From NCBI GenBank assembly GCA_973895155.1, contig OZ316899.1:3679455-3743454 (forward strand): a stretch of 64,000 nt of DNA, read 5' to 3'. The DNA comes from Marsupella aquatica. Taxonomy: Eukaryota > Plantae > Marchantiophyta. The notes beneath the pieces are model-generated. The model ran no database searches. It saw nothing but the letters and a program-made list of their open reading frames with translations, and had not been told where the DNA came from. Of this stretch, positions 39,217 to 53,495 are shown piece by piece (position 1 is the first letter of the stretch; every line of letters begins with the position of its first letter). Made by a program: the position numbers and the translations under genes.

Positions 39217-42073
39217 TGTGGTGCGTCCCATGGCTCCCTGAACCCAAGAAACCCCCCTACACAAGCCGATTCCCGCAGGTTTTGCTCTTGGCGAGGCCGG
39301 TTTTGCGGCTTAGCGGCATGGGACATTGCTAACTTCCTTCTACTAACATTTTACACACATATACTGGACAGATCCTTCATCGGGTCATGAGATACATAGC
39401 CAACCTCTTCTATGCCTTCCCTTGTCCTCCTCTCCTGGTCTTCCTTTAGGTATGTTTGGATTCCACCGCCGGAATGATCCCCAACTGGCTTGGGTAAGCC
39501 GCTAAGACCTCTCTCAGCTTGACACATCCAACTCTTACTACCTTGCTTACTCTCTTCTTGGTTGATGTGGACAATCTTCAAACAAGTTAATGCGACACAC
39601 AAATAGCAAAATGACTCCTTCTGACTGAGTTATACCATGCACTTGCCATACAAACAATACTTCTCATACACAAGATCTGCGAACTAAGCCGTGAGGCCAA
39701 CTCTATTCATCTCTTAGGTATGAGGAAACATGAATATACACAAGGGTCACAATATAACTAACCGAGAGCTTCTTTAACTACTTGATCCCAACCCTGCTAG
39801 TGCACTAAAAACTTGCTAAGGAAGAAGGCCCTGAACCCCCCGCTGCCCAGGTACTTATCCTGGCAGTGGATCCGCCCAATTTCTTGCAGCGTAAGCCTAA
39901 TCTAACCTGACCATAATCTACCTATGTACAGCGGGGCAGGAGCACAAGTGTTGCTCTTACCAGTGGATCCACAATCCCACTAAGCTAAAGTGTCAAGGCC
40001 GCCTCCCGGTCCTGATCCTAATTCTAAACTTGGAGATCTGAGCCCGACCCTGCCCACTCACGCCTCCTCCCTCCATGTCCGCCGTCCTTAAAAGGAGCGT
40101 CCCTCCATCACCGTCATGGTAGTGGTGGCTGATCCTCAATGGACGCCCCCAACACTTCCTCCGCAACCACTACCGTAGGTCCTCTGACAGATTAACTGCT
40201 CCAGACCAAGTCAACTCTCCATCGGCCTGACTGGGTCCACCCTCGGCTTTGGGACTTGAGGCTCCTACATACATTCGGACTCCCGGCTCGTGTTCCAACC
40301 TCCTTCTCTCCTTGCCCCCGGTAAAGGGGTTTTCCCTGGTAAGTCGGCTTAGCCCGACTTTGGGAGCAGTATTCTGTACCGGTCCCGTTGCCGTTACCGT
40401 TCTCCTTTCCTTCTCCAGCAATTTCAGCAGATTCTACATGCCTGGTTGCTGCATCGGCAAGTCTTCCTTCCTCGGCCTAAACACCTGCTCGATTGTAGGA
40501 TTGTCGAGTTGGGTCGGTTTCTCTGTTGTCGGCCTCTGTTCCGGAACCTCCTCTGGTGCTCTTGCCTGTAGGGGAAGTACCTGGGCAAATATCTGACTTC
40601 GGGCATACCGGCACAACAACGGCATATGATAGCCAAGCCGGGACACGCTTCCCTTGCCGATCACCTGCTATTCCTCCTTCAAGAATTTCTTCAATTGGGT
40701 GAGGAGGTATCCGTTGTAGTCCCGGCTAGGGTCTGGCCTCTCCACCAAGTAAACCTGTGCCTTGCCGATCTCTGGCCTCTGAAAGTTGCAATGCATGGTT
40801 ACCCGCAAGAAATCGATCATCTCCCCAATGTGCGGGTTGGTGCAGGTGTTCCGGAAGAAGCCATTCTTTGTTGATGGCCCTGGGAACGACCGGAACTCCT
40901 TGTCAGGCAAGGTCTTCCTGGTATCAACTTTGGTCTTATTGCCCATCGGCAAGCCAAATGCTTCGGCAATCACTCGGGGAGTGAGATAGAAATCCTTCCC
41001 ATACACCCTTGTGGAATTGGACTTGGGCTCCCAGGATCCCACAAATTCTAATAAGTCTGAATCCGGCACCTCCGGCTTCAGCCTTGGTACTTCCGAGTCT
41101 GCATAGCCGTAAAGCATGCATCCTCTTCACGTGCAAAGTGTAATTGCACTTCCTCGGGGAGGGTTGCCGCCCAGCCTTTCCAGGTGTCATCTCTTGTCGG
41201 AACGACATTGATGGGGTCAACCTCCTCTTCTTTGGCTTCTTCCTGCCTCCTGCTCCCTTGCTCGGCTGGCTTCCTTGGTGTCGCCGACCTTGTTCTCTTT
41301 GCAGGGGTGGTCTCTTCATTGATGTTCCCTTTCCTCTTCATAGCGGCTGCCGTGGATGTTTCTCCTAGCACGGTTGCCTTCGTCCACCCCTCCGTGCTAC
41401 CCTTCAACTCCCAGTGTATGTCATTGCAGCGGTTGATGGCTTCCTGGATGCCAACTATTTTGTTCTCACAAAACAGAAGATTGTTGAGTTTGTCGGCAGT
41501 AGGGCGTCCATAGGAATTCAGCTGTGATGATTTCTCCTCCTAAGAAGGCAGACTTCTACAGCTCCCACAGTCGAGCAAGCTCCTGCCGTTCTCGAGCGGC
41601 TCTCTCCAATTCTTCATCCTTGTAGGTCCCAATGTACTCAGTTGCCCGTTCTAACAGGCATCCCCAAAAATGAGCAGCTTGATTGACGTCGCTCATACCC
41701 TTCTTGAGTTGATTGTCGGTATCTACTTCCACCCTGAGTGCTTGCCCGAGCAGCGGATAGTAGTTGGCCTCCGATAGTTGTCTGCTTAGTTTGTGCTTGC
41801 AAATGAGCCACCATTCCTTGCGATCGATCCTTACCCCTCCCTGACTGGTCTTCCTTCCCGTTAGTTACCCATAGCCGCCGGCACTTAGCGTGCCCTAACC
41901 CTAATCGTGTTCCCTCCCCCGACATTCTTACTTCCGGCCTCGGCTCGGGTTCCATAGCCACCCTTAATTGTTTATATTTTCCATCTTTTTGTTACTATAC
42001 TAATGTGTTTCTAGGGTTTACTCCTTATTTTATCATTTTAAACTGGCCTAGTGATTCCTGGCTAGGCATCACA
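39217..42073 (-). repeat. 3' LTR (2857 bp), an internally deleted version of the 4.7-kb LTR
   Basis: Colinear with 30629-35332 except for a ~1.8-kb deletion at a GAAGCCG-like microhomology (~40250) and a ~50-bp deletion at ~41085. Confidence 0.92.
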
Positions 42074-45000
42074 TAGCTCCCCACTTAATTGTGAAGCGTC
42101 CTCACGAACAACTTCATCTTTGTCCATATAGTATTTCTTGAGGCGGTTGTAATGAATGCAAACTGGGTAGACCTCTCCAGTAATGTTGGCCAATTGCACG
42201 GAGCCATTGGAAAACTTCATGGTTACCTTGAAGGGTCCTAACCAGCGAGTGTAAAGTTTACCTGGAAACCTGCTATACCTACTGTCATAAAGTAATACAA
42301 GATCTCCTATGTGAATACTAACTAGTTTCAACTTTTTATCATACTGTTGCTTCATGGTATTCTGTCTATATTCTACTCTCTCAGCTGAAATCATTTGTGC
42401 CTCTTCTAAGGCTTCTAATCTATATTCTCACTCCTTTAGGCTTCCCTCCTCTAAGACTCTTTCCTCAATTGTAACTTGAAATGTAGGTATCTCAAGTTGC
42501 ATGGGTACCAGAGCCTCCTGCCCAAATGTTAAGAAAAAGGGTGTATGACCGGTAGTGGATTTATAGGCTAAATTGTAAGCAAAAACAACAGCAAACAATT
42601 TATCATCCCAATCGAGTTTGTTCTGAGCTATGGTTTTGTTCAATATTTTTCCTATAATTCCATTGGCTCGTTCTGTCAACCCATTTGCCTTTGGGTGGTA
42701 AGGAGTAGTAGGCCTATGTCTAACTAAATATTGCTCATTTAAACGACTAATTATATCATTCAAAAAATGGGTTCCTCTATCACTAACTAATTCTAGGGGT
42801 GCGCCATACCTGGTGAAGATCTGCTCATACATGAATCAAGCCGTAGTAACTACATCATCCTTCATCGTCGGCCTGGCCTCTACCCACTTAGTTGCATAAT
42901 CTGTGGCCAGGATTATGTACTTGTTTCTCCGAGGATGGGTCAATGGTTTCAGGGGTCCCATGAAATCAATACCCCACTTCACAAATGGTGCCAAAGGTAG
43001 AATAGGGTGCAGAGGATGTCTTGTGGACGCCCTTGGTCCTCTCGCTCGCTGACAAGGATTGCATTGTTTGATAAACTGATAGACATCTTTGTGCAAGGTG
43101 GGCCACCAATAACCAACATTTAATATCTTTTTAGACGTGGTTACTGGAGCAAAATGTCCTCTGGCCTCCTCCCCATGCATAGCCCGTAAGACTCGTTTTA
43201 CCTCTCCCTTCTCCAAACACCTTTGAATCGTGCCGCTGATTCCATACCTGTGTAGCACCCTTAATGTACTGATACTGTCTGACCTTCCACAGAAAGACTG
43301 CAGCTTGTTCTTGGGTTAGCCCTTGCTGTAATCTGGACGTGCTGAGAAATTGCAAAATCTCAGGGTACCATGTATCAGCTATTTCCACAACGAATAGCTC
43401 CTCGTCGGGGAATCGGTCATCGATGCAATCTGTGGCAGGTTCACCTGTGATCCTTGAAAAGAAGTTGGCATTGGCGTGTAGCTTTCCCGACTTGATTTTT
43501 AGCTTGTAGTCAAATTCCTGTAAAAGCAAAATCCATCTTGCTACCCTGCCTGTAAGGTCCGGCTTATTTACTAGGTACTTCAAACTTTCATGATCAATAT
43601 GAAAGATTACTTTGTACCCTAGCAAATAATGCCTAAACTTTTTACAGGAATAAATGACTCCTAATGCTTCTCTTTTTGTGGTCGCATAGTTTCGTTCGGC
43701 ATCGGCAAGCTGGCGGCTTGCAAAGTATATGGGATGGTCCCTTCCTTTCTCATCCAACTGACTTAGTACTAAGCCGATACAGAAGCCTAAGACATCTACG
43801 AAGACATGAAAATCCTTGTTCCAGTCTAGTGCTATCATGACTGGGGCCTCCACTAACTTTTGCTTTAATTCCACCACAACTGTTACTTTTTCTGGTGTGG
43901 GTTCAAAGTCTGCGCCTGCCTTGAGCATGTTGGTTAATGGCAAAGCTAGCTTGGCAAAATCCTTGATGAACCGGCGATAATACCCAATGCACCCCAAGAA
44001 GGATCTCACATCCTTTATGTTCTTAGGTTGCATGATATCAAGCCATACTGCTAGCTTACCCTTGTCAATCTCAATGCCCTTCTTTGATACTTTGTGCCCT
44101 AGCAGCACACCCTCTGTTACTCCAAAGAAACATTTATCTGGGTGTAACTTGAGACCTACCTCTCTACATCTCATGAAGGTCTTCCTTAGGTATTTAGCAT
44201 GTTTCGATGCTTTCCCAAATACTGCAAAATCATCAATGAAGATTTCCATGAACTTTCTCAAGTAGTCATGGAAAATGTTCACCATTAATCGTTGGAACAT
44301 AGCTGGTGCGTTACAGAGTCCAAACAACATACGATTGAAGACATAGATCCCCCATTTTGTGATGAAGGCTGTCTTGATTTGGTCCTCCTGCCTAATCCTG
44401 ATTTGGTTATAACCAAAGTACCCATCCATGAATGAGTATAGTTCATGACTGGCTACCATGTCTAGTACCATATCAGTAAAGGGTAAAGGAAAATGGTCCT
44501 TTAACGTAGCCTCATTCAACTTCCTGTAATCCTGACAAACCCGGATCTTGGGTTTACCATTGGGTCCAGCTTTCTTGGGAACTATCACAATTGGAGACAC
44601 CCAGTCTGAATGTAGGACTGGAGTGATGAATCCGGCTTCCACTAGTTTGTCGATTTCAATTTTGACCATCAGGGAATACTTAGGGTTCATCCTTTGAATT
44701 GGTTGTCAAAATGATTTGGCCCCTAACATGAGATCAATTTGATGTTCTCCTAATTTTGGGTCTACTCCCTTCAGGTCTTGGTGACTCCATGCAAACACAT
44801 CATGAAATTCAATCAGTAATTCACTGATTTCTTTCTCAAGCTCAGGTGCTAGGTCCCGTCCCAAGTTCAGTTCCCTTCCTTCTCCTAAGTTGAGCTTTCG
44901 GTATTGCCGTACTTGGATCATATTAATCTGCTTCTTCAAGTTTGGGTCCAATTCAGCCTCCAGCCTCTCCAGTCTCATACCTCCATAAACTGGAATCTTG

Positions 45001-48000
45001 GTTGTACTAGCCGAGTTGGTTTCTCCCTTGTTATCCGCAGATTGTCCCCTTGCCGGTCTATTTGGTTTTGAATTGGTGGTCGGCTTCCCTTCCTGCCTCG
45101 GCTCTGGATTGTTTCTGTGCATCTCATCCATTCCTGCCTCCTGAGGGCCAGGCCGCTATGCTCTTCCGGCTTCTAATAGGGCCTCAATTTGTTCTGCCCT
45201 CGTGATCAGCTTGTAAGCCGATCCCTTGGTATTTAATTTGTTGCCGATGATAGACGGCGTTGTGGATCCTTCCGGCTCTGCCACAACGCCTAAGGAAAAT
45301 CCATTGTCTCTAGTGCAGCTCCCCACTTAGCTGTTTCATCCAACTGGACCACCTCTTGTGCTTCCTCCAGAATTGAAGCTAAAAAGGTGGACTCAATGGC
45401 AAAGCAGTCCTCGGTCTCTTCTTCACATTCTTCCAAGTCACTCTCCATAGTTCTTGCAATAGTCCGCTAGGGGGTACTTCTGGTCCAAAGACACTTTCTT
45501 CGGTCAGGTTAGTGAGGCATCCTAGCCAACGTACCTCATCGGTTGACTCCAGTCCACTGTCGTACCCGTCTACCTTCCTAATACTTCTTCTACGGTCATC
45601 CTTGGTGTCCCACGATACCGTGATAGAGGGGGTCCCAAAGGTGAACTCCTTCTTCCCCCAATCTTCTATTACCTTGGCTAGATACAGCCATGGCCTGCCA
45701 ATCAATAGCCAAAATGACATAGGGTTTACCGGCTTCATTACTACATAGTTAATGCTAAAGAAGATCCCTCCTATCTCAGTCTTGATGCCGGTTAACACTC
45801 CCGTGGGAATGACTTGATACCCATTGGCCATGTTCAACACTCTTCCAGTCATCTCCGACGTTAGTCCCCATCCTTTTGCTGTTGAATCAATCATAATACA
45901 TACCCCTGATCCTCCATCAATGGGTACCCGTAGTAATATTTCTCCTTGAATCATTAATGGTAATGTTGGGGCTCCTTGATCTTCTTCTATCATCAGCACA
46001 TCGGATCTGGTTGCTACCTTGGGTAATCTTGGCTTGCCAAGAATGGCCTTCCTTAACTACTTCCGGAAGTACGGGCTATTTTTCAACAGTTGACCTACTA
46101 TTGCCAAGACTCTAGATTCTAGTACATCTTTAGCCAGGTCATAGGGGACTATCGGCTTCTCTTCTGCCGGTGTCTTCATATTGGCTTCGACCTGTTTTTT
46201 CACGCTAATTTCCACAGCCCTTGGATCTTCCGAAGCAAACAACGCTTTTGCTCGTTTCACATCCTTAGCTATGGCTTTGGTATTCTCCAGGGTTTCCAAT
46301 TCTCGTAGTTGTTCCTTAACACTAGCCGTAATAGAGGGGTAGAAAAACTTAGGGTGGTCTCGATTGAAGTTGCTGTCCTGTGAAGGATTGGGCTCACTGG
46401 TGGGCTCATGGCTTACCTGTGTTGCCGGCGCCCTTCCTTCTCCTTCCGTTGATGTTGACAAAGAGTCGATCTTTTCTTCTTTAACCTTCCCTTTATTTTT
46501 GGCCAGCCCATCCCACCTTTCCTTCCTTCTGGTGGATCGAGTAGAGACCCGGTAGCAATCATGATCCAAATCCTCTTCTGAAAATGTTGATAGGGCCTCG
46601 GCCTCATCATCAGATGGTCCAAACTCAGCCTCGGCATCTGTTTGCCATCCGAGTTCGATGTGGTTGATTTGAAATCCTCCTAAGGTAGTACCTGGTGGCA
46701 AGAGCTTATGATTTGCGGCCAGTCCTGCCAACCAAGTAGGACATTGTCCTAGCATGTGACCCTCCTGTTGGCATCCCATACATAGCTGAGCTGGTTGTCC
46801 ATCACCTTGTTTGCGTGCATTCAGGCATTCTCTAGCAAAATGGCCAGGTTGACCACAATTACAGCATGCCGCAAATCTTTGCACATTCGGTCTAGGAGGT
46901 ACTGATGGATTCTGAATAATCCGAGGATACATCTCTCCCGGATTGTTCCTTAATCTTGACTAGAGAGATGCAGGTCGGTTGGATAGGTCTCGTGCTCCAG
47001 TCTCACTGATGCCAAAAACACTATCAGCGGCATCCCCTAGAAAGTACTCTACTTCTCCCTGACACGGTCTGACCTTAGCGATATGCCGAACATGACTAGT
47101 AGTGAGTTTAGGACATGCATCTTTATGGTGTCTGGTTTTATAACATAAGGCACACCATACAGAGCTATCTTCCAGTACTACGTTCTTCTTTGGCTTAGTT
47201 TACCTTTGCTATTATAGCCTTAAGCTGCTCGGTAAGAGCTACGATGTTATCTGGCGTTTTAGCCTCTAGCTTGACTTTCAACTTCCCCCTCCTTCTGCCC
47301 TTCTTTTTCCTAGATTTTTCTTCTTCAGAACTAGAAGATGACTCACTCTTGCTACTTCCACTATCCAAGCTTGAGTTATCACTTCTTGACTTCTTAGAAT
47401 GTTTCTTTTTCTTATCTTTTTTCTTATGGGGTGATCCTTCCTCGGATGAGGAACTCTCAGACTTGAGCTATTTCTTCCGGCTTGTGATATCTGCATTAAT
47501 GTACAATTGAATATCTCTAATTGCCTCGGCTAAAGTCTCTGGGTTCTCCTTCCTAATTGCAAAACTCATCTTCTGCGGTAAAGCATTCACCAACCATTGA
47601 AGTTGCATACCTTCAGATGCATTGGTCTTTGTACGTCTTACCAGCTTTTGGAAGCGTTGCAAGAACTTCCTGAAGGATTTGTTCTCCTTGAATCGAAGTC
47701 GTCCCAACTTCAGCACTGCTAGCTTTGAGGTTCCAATGGGTAAAAACTCCTTGAAAAATAGTGATTTGAAGGTATGTCAGATGGCTTGATCTTCCACATC
47801 CAGTGTACCAAGGCCTCGCCTCACCCTTGAACAGGCCGGGAAGAATCTGCATCTTGATGGCTGATTCTCCATTTGCTGCAGCGGTTCCCTCAAAGTCATC
47901 CAACCATTCGTTTGGATCCTCATCTCCTCTCCCATGAAATGCCTTGTAATGAATGCGCAACCTTTGGCTCATTCTGGTTCCTAGCCTCTCTTCTGGCCGT

Positions 48001-48017
48001 GCCTCCGATTCCCCCAT
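42062..48017 (-). pseudogene. gag-pol: Ty3/gypsy gag-pol, fragmented
   Basis: Gag FHGRGDEDPNEWLDDFE; Zn knuckles CCNCGQPGHFAREC and CMGCQQEGHMLGQC; protease IDGGSGV; RT RVCQDYRKLN..DHFPLP..FIDDF; RNase H FHVFVD..HPIYFASRQL; integrase GHF..YWWPTL..KWGIDFMGP..GLTERANG. Confidence 0.93.
42074..42086 (-). other. Polypurine tract
   Basis: AAGTGGGGAGCTA lies immediately 5' of the 3' LTR on the minus strand. Confidence 0.75.
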
Positions 48018-48248
48018 GTCGGTTGGGGACTCACTTCTCCTTACCGACTCCTCTTCTGGTATTTCTTCTTCGATGCCACTTTCAATTTTGGAGCTACTAG
48101 CTCTTTCTGCTCCTCTCAGTCGTTGTGTATCATGCCACCCGACAAGCTGTTGCAGACGAGCTCTCTCCCGTTGAATCGCTCCCTCGGCGTAGGTTCAGTC
48201 ATTATCTACACTGCTTCCTAACTCCATATCTCACGGCTTAAGAAATGC

Positions 48249-48266
48249 CCCCTCCATCTAGCGCCA
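48249..48266 (-). other. Primer-binding site, tRNA-Asn-like
   Basis: TGGCGCTAGATGGAGGGG starts 4 nt after the LTR CA end. It matches the 3' end of plant tRNA-Asn(GUU) as I recall it (CCCCTCCTTCTAGCGCCA), with one mismatch. Confidence 0.75.
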
Positions 48267-48270
48267 AAAA

Positions 48271-49365
48271 TGTGGTGCGTCCCATGGCTCTCTGAACCCA
48301 AGAAACCCCCTTGCACAAGCCAATTCCTGTAGGTTTTACTCTTAGCGAGGCTGGTTTTGCGGCTTAGCGGCATGGGATGCTGCTAACTTCCTTCTACTAA
48401 CATTTTACACACATATACTAGACAGATCCTTCATCGGGTCATGAGATACGTAGTCGGCCTCTTCTATGCCTTCCCTTGTCCTCCTCTCCTGGTCTTCCTT
48501 TAGGTATGTTTGGATTCCGCCGCTGGAATGATCCCCAACTGGCTTGGGTGAGCCGCTAAGACCTCTCTCAGCTCAACACATCCAACTCTTACTACCTTGC
48601 TTACTCTCTTCTTGGTTGATGTGGGCAATCTTCAAACAAGTTAATGCGACACACAAATAGCAAAATGACTCCTTTTGATTGAGTTATACCATACACTTGC
48701 CATACAAACAGTACTTCTCATACACAAGATCTGCAAACTAAGCCGTGAGGCCAACTCTATTCATCTCTTAGGTATGAGGAAACATGAATATACACAAGGG
48801 TCATAGCATAACTAACCGAGAGCTTCTTTAACTACTTGATCCCAGCCCTGCTAGTGCACTAAAAACTTGCTAAGGAAGAAGGCCCTGAACCCCCCGTTGC
48901 CCAGGTACTTATCCTGGCAGTGGATCTGCCCAATTTCTTGCAGCGTAAGCCTAATCTAACCTGACCATAATCTACCTATGTACAGCGGGGCAGGAGCACA
49001 AGTGTTGCTCTTACCAGTGGATCCACAATCCCACTAAGCTCAGTGTCAAGACCGTCATGGTAGTGGTGGCTGATCCTCAATGGACGCCCCCAACACTTCC
49101 TCTGCAGCCACTACCGTAGGTCCGTCCTCTGACAGATTAACTGCTCCGGACTGAGTCAACTCTCCATCGGCCTGACTGGGTCCACCCTCGGCTTTGGGAC
49201 TTGAGGCTCCTACATACATTTGGACTCCCGGCTCGTGTTCCGGCCTCCTTCTCTCCTTGGCCCCAGTAAGGGGTTTTCCTTGGTAAGTCGGCTTATGCCG
49301 ACTTTGGGAGCAATATTTTGTACCGGTCCCGTTGCCGTTCTCCTTTCCTTCTCCAGCAATTTCAG
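48271..49365 (-). repeat. 5' LTR, distal (3') segment
   Basis: Matches 39217-40400 and ends at the MULE TSD. Confidence 0.92.
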
Positions 49366-49802
49366 GGGTATAACCACCGTGACAGCAAATAGTAAATAGA
49401 TTTGCTGTTACGAGCAAATTTTTGCTCATATGAGGCTTTCAATGACTCATAGCAGAAAATCTGTTTACTCATATGAGAAACTATTTACTTGTACGAGTTT
49501 TATAGGTTATTCAAAGTTCAAAAAAATGGCTCGATGTTAAAAAATAACAACCATATAAGCGCTCTCTAAAATGCTAACATAATGGGGCCCACCATTCAAT
49601 GATAATAAACGGGAAATATAAAGGTCATTATAAGAAGACGCGCTTTATTTAACAGTCAATATATTTGCTATGTGTTTCAAACTTTGGCTAGCGCCAGGCG
49701 CTACCAATAGACAACACATTTTTCTAGATAAGAAACGGGTACATCTTATGCCCGTTAGAAAAAACAAATGCCACTTAAAGCTGTTGAACGACACCAAATT
49801 GA

Positions 49803-52800
49803 CTACATGTCCGTTCCATTTTGTCGATCAAGCAGGTAACGAACTTCGCCCAATGTCAGAACTGGTTGACTAGATAGTGTCGAATCGTGAAGACTCAACT
49901 TTAACACAGTCCTGAATACCCAATATAGATGTTTGCAAGGCATGTAAGGTTTCCTATAAATGTGCCTCCGATAGAAATCCTCACATGAACAGCAAGGGAA
50001 ACAACAAATCTGCACCCAATAAGAGGCAGCATTCCTCTCATGTTCATGTGTTCTGATACAATACTGCTTCCCCCACGCATTCCCACTCGTGACATCTCTC
50101 TCGCATACGAGCCTCATTACTTCTATTTCGGATGCTTCAATCTTCTTGTAATGTGTTTGAGTTAGATTCACTCTCTGCAAGCACTTCCTTCCATTCCTAG
50201 AGCCACATTTGAAAATTGGGTCTGCTAAATTGATCCTCTCTTAACAAATTCACATCGATGCGTAACTCAGACGGGGATGGCTCCTGAGCTTCCCTTACCT
50301 CTCCTGTACCAAGTAGACCTTGTTCTCTCAAGAATTGGATCTCGCCCTCCTGGAGATTGGTCCCTCTCGCAATGGGAAGAACGGATGGTATATTGGGAAT
50401 GTTTGAAACACCTCTTCTTGGCCGACTTTTGTGACATTTGTTGTTTGGGCAAAACCATATCTGGTCCGGATGAGGTTCTCCTCTAAAAAGTCTACATCCT
50501 CTTACAGATATTGCAACAACTCCTTCTGGATTTGGAAACTCAACCTTCTTTACTCGATTTCGACCTTCATTGCGGCTTCCTCTCCAACCGAGGGTCCCAT
50601 TACAAGCTGGACCAGCACCGCGTTTTGCAGTTCATCGGAGCTGCCAGAGACCTGGAGCTATGTCAGTTTCCATTGGGAGAAGAGATTCCTTAGGCGCGGC
50701 CTTAGCTTGATGTCCTACGGGAGGAACAGAAGATCTTGTTGTCCGACGTGAGGGTGTCTCAAGGACGACAACCTCCTCAGAATCTTCACTCTCAGTTTGA
50801 GACAAATTAACAACGCCACTTCCACCAGCAGAAGGTGTGGAAGACATCTTCTCAAAGTCTGTGGAATGGAGGTTTCTTCTCTTCAAACCCCTTGTATTTG
50901 GTGAAGTCACAAGGATAGTATCATGCCTGTGAGAGTCTTGTGCCGAGACATTCCCACTTGCATTACCTTTTCGCTTCACCGATCGAGTTATGAAGTCTCC
51001 ATTCAATGGAACAGTTCTTTCCAAATCAAATTTAGCTGCGTTGGAAAGAAGGAGATTGGTCGCTTCTTCAAATAGACGTGGAGACCCTGTCATGTCGGCA
51101 GATCTGAAAGCCAGCTCAAAGATAGTGGGTCCAGTTCCCCGATGTAATCCTCGACCGTATGCAGTATATGCTGCTATCTGACATACGGCTCGGTTTTGGT
51201 CAGTTTTGCACCCCTCCATGAGGCCAACCCGCTTCTTCATTTGCCACGCCTTCATGCCTGCATGGACCAATTCCGAACCAGTACAATTCGGAATCATACT
51301 TGCCTCCTCATCACTCTTGCTCTGTCATGGGAAACAAAATTTAGTAACTACAGTAATTCGCGACAAATGTAGTTTGTATTTATGCAATATGGACTCTCTA
51401 ATATATAAGTAGCGCCTGGCACTATCAAATCTCTTGCATCACTGCCATGTTTGTAGTTGCAGAAGTGTGCTTGTTCATACTAGCGCTTGGCGCTACTATA
51501 CTGTAACAAGGAATTGGAGTTAAAATAATCATTTTCCATATTAGCGTCGGGCGCTATTACAAATCAATGGTAACGGACTATCATGAATCTAAGAAAATCC
51601 TTACCAGCCTAATGAAGTTTCCCCATTGTCTCCAACGGACGACCCACCATGAGAGCCACCCTTGCAACATTCGAAGGTTCCCCTGATGGCAATTTCCAGC
51701 TCTCCACCAATCGTCGATCTCTCTTGACATACGATATGCGTCCAATTTTTTTTTTGCGTTACGAAGACCGTCCCACATCTTCTTGTGTTCTTTGAGTTTT
51801 CCTTCTGGAACACCTTCGCGAGAATGCCAACGAAATGACTGATAAAAATGAAACGCATCTGATCGCTCTCGGTCAGGATTAGGTACCCCATTGAAGAAAA
51901 CATTTTGCACCGCATTCCATCCAGCCTGGGCATTGTCCGCCATGAATCCTCGAATTTGAATGTTCTCCAGGCCATTTTCACTCGCAACTTCTATCATCAA
52001 TCGCCACGCTCTCTCTAAGGACTTGGTGTCTTCAGCCTTTAATTCACAAGTGAAAATTGTACAAAGCGCCCGATAGTGATGATCATATACATGAACACTA
52101 AAAGTTAGCCAATCCGATGTAATTCTATGCATGACGTCGAAACTCACCCATGACCCTTCTAATGAACCACCGGTCTGCATTTTCCGGAGAAGGTCGATCC
52201 CAGATCCTTCGCCTTTCACAGTCATCTTGAAGATGTGAGCACTTTTGTCTCGACATCCTTGTCCTGGAAGCAAATACCTATGAAGAAAGGGAAGTCTCAC
52301 ACACTTTTGCATCCGCACCAAATATTCAAGCTCACCTTTGCCTTTCTGGTCTTGTCTCACACTTCGTAGAACAGAAGCAAACTTTTGTGGGGTAGCAACA
52401 ACCATGAGGGACTCCCAGATCTCCTTCTCCTCTTCTGAAGACATTTCCTCCACGGATTCCTCACAGAGGGCATTGGTTAGAGAGTTGTAGCCGCATTCTT
52501 TATCCCAGCGGGCGTAGCTCGTGGATTAGCCTGGAACTCCTTTGCGAGGTGAGTCTTGGCAACCTTTTCAGCCTCTCTCAACCACACTCGACGACTGGGA
52601 TGGTTGTGAAATCCCATGTGCACAGCCATCCGGGACATATACGCCAAATGAGTTGAATCCACTTTGGCCGAAGGATACATATAGAACATCATGGCCGGAC
52701 ACGATCTTGTACACATCGGAGGTTCAGAACAGTGGTGACAGACAATACCACCTTGCGGTATGAGTTCTCCAACTTGAAAGGTTCCTGATAGTTTGGTGAT

Positions 52801-53495
52801 CTCGCCCAGACTTGGTTGTTCCTAGTCTTTTTGTCTCTCCAAAATTGGCAAGAATTGTTCCGACATTCAAGAGAACCGGTACATTGAACCTTTCCAAAAT
52901 CCCACATCTTCTTCGGTAAAACATTCGAAGATGTCTTGACAATGCGCGTCCAGTAATAGCAATCCTTCCCGCGGTCCATGTCCTTCAGTCGTTCCCCTTT
53001 TGAATTCACGCAATCGACTGGAGGCAACTCAAACACAACATTCCCATTGTATGTCATCGGGAGGCTGGGAACTATCTGATGCGTGAAATCCTTCTCCCTG
53101 ATGAAACGAGATAACTCGCTATGTCCCTTCGATTTTAGGATAGTATCCATCGCACTTTGCCGATATACAATTGGGACATCTTGAACCTCCATCTTCACCA
53201 CCAAGGGATCCACTGAGATCCTTTTTGGGACATCAAAGGAAAGGGGCAAATTCTTCCCGTCGTCTTCCGAAGTGTCAGACAGATTGACAACATCAACACC
53301 ACCGGGAACAGGACATAGATCTTCCAATGCTTCAGAATCTTCCAAAACAAAGACCTCGTATACTTTCTCCGGATACATCGTCCAAAACTTGAGTCCATCG
53401 ACGACATCATAGAAGATGGTATTTGCCTTTGAATCCTTAGGGAGGAGGGACACAGAGAGAATACACTCTTTGGAAACATCAAATCTCAACCCCAA
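49803..53495 (-). pseudogene. MULE transposase with N-terminal GCM-like domain, DDE core and C-terminal SWIM finger
   Basis: YNGNVVFELPP..YWTR..CTGSLECRNNSC..CPA..RMAVHMGFHNHP (GCM/WRKY-like fold); SFDVMHR..GFMADNAQAGWNAV..DAFHFYQS (MULE DDE-like); CSCEDF..PCKHLYWV (SWIM). GT-AG intron 51604-51322; stops and frameshifts present. Confidence 0.82.

Noticed and set aside
48259-48266. TAGCGCCA as another copy of the MULE palindrome
   Set aside because: It has only one arm and is explained as the gypsy primer-binding site.
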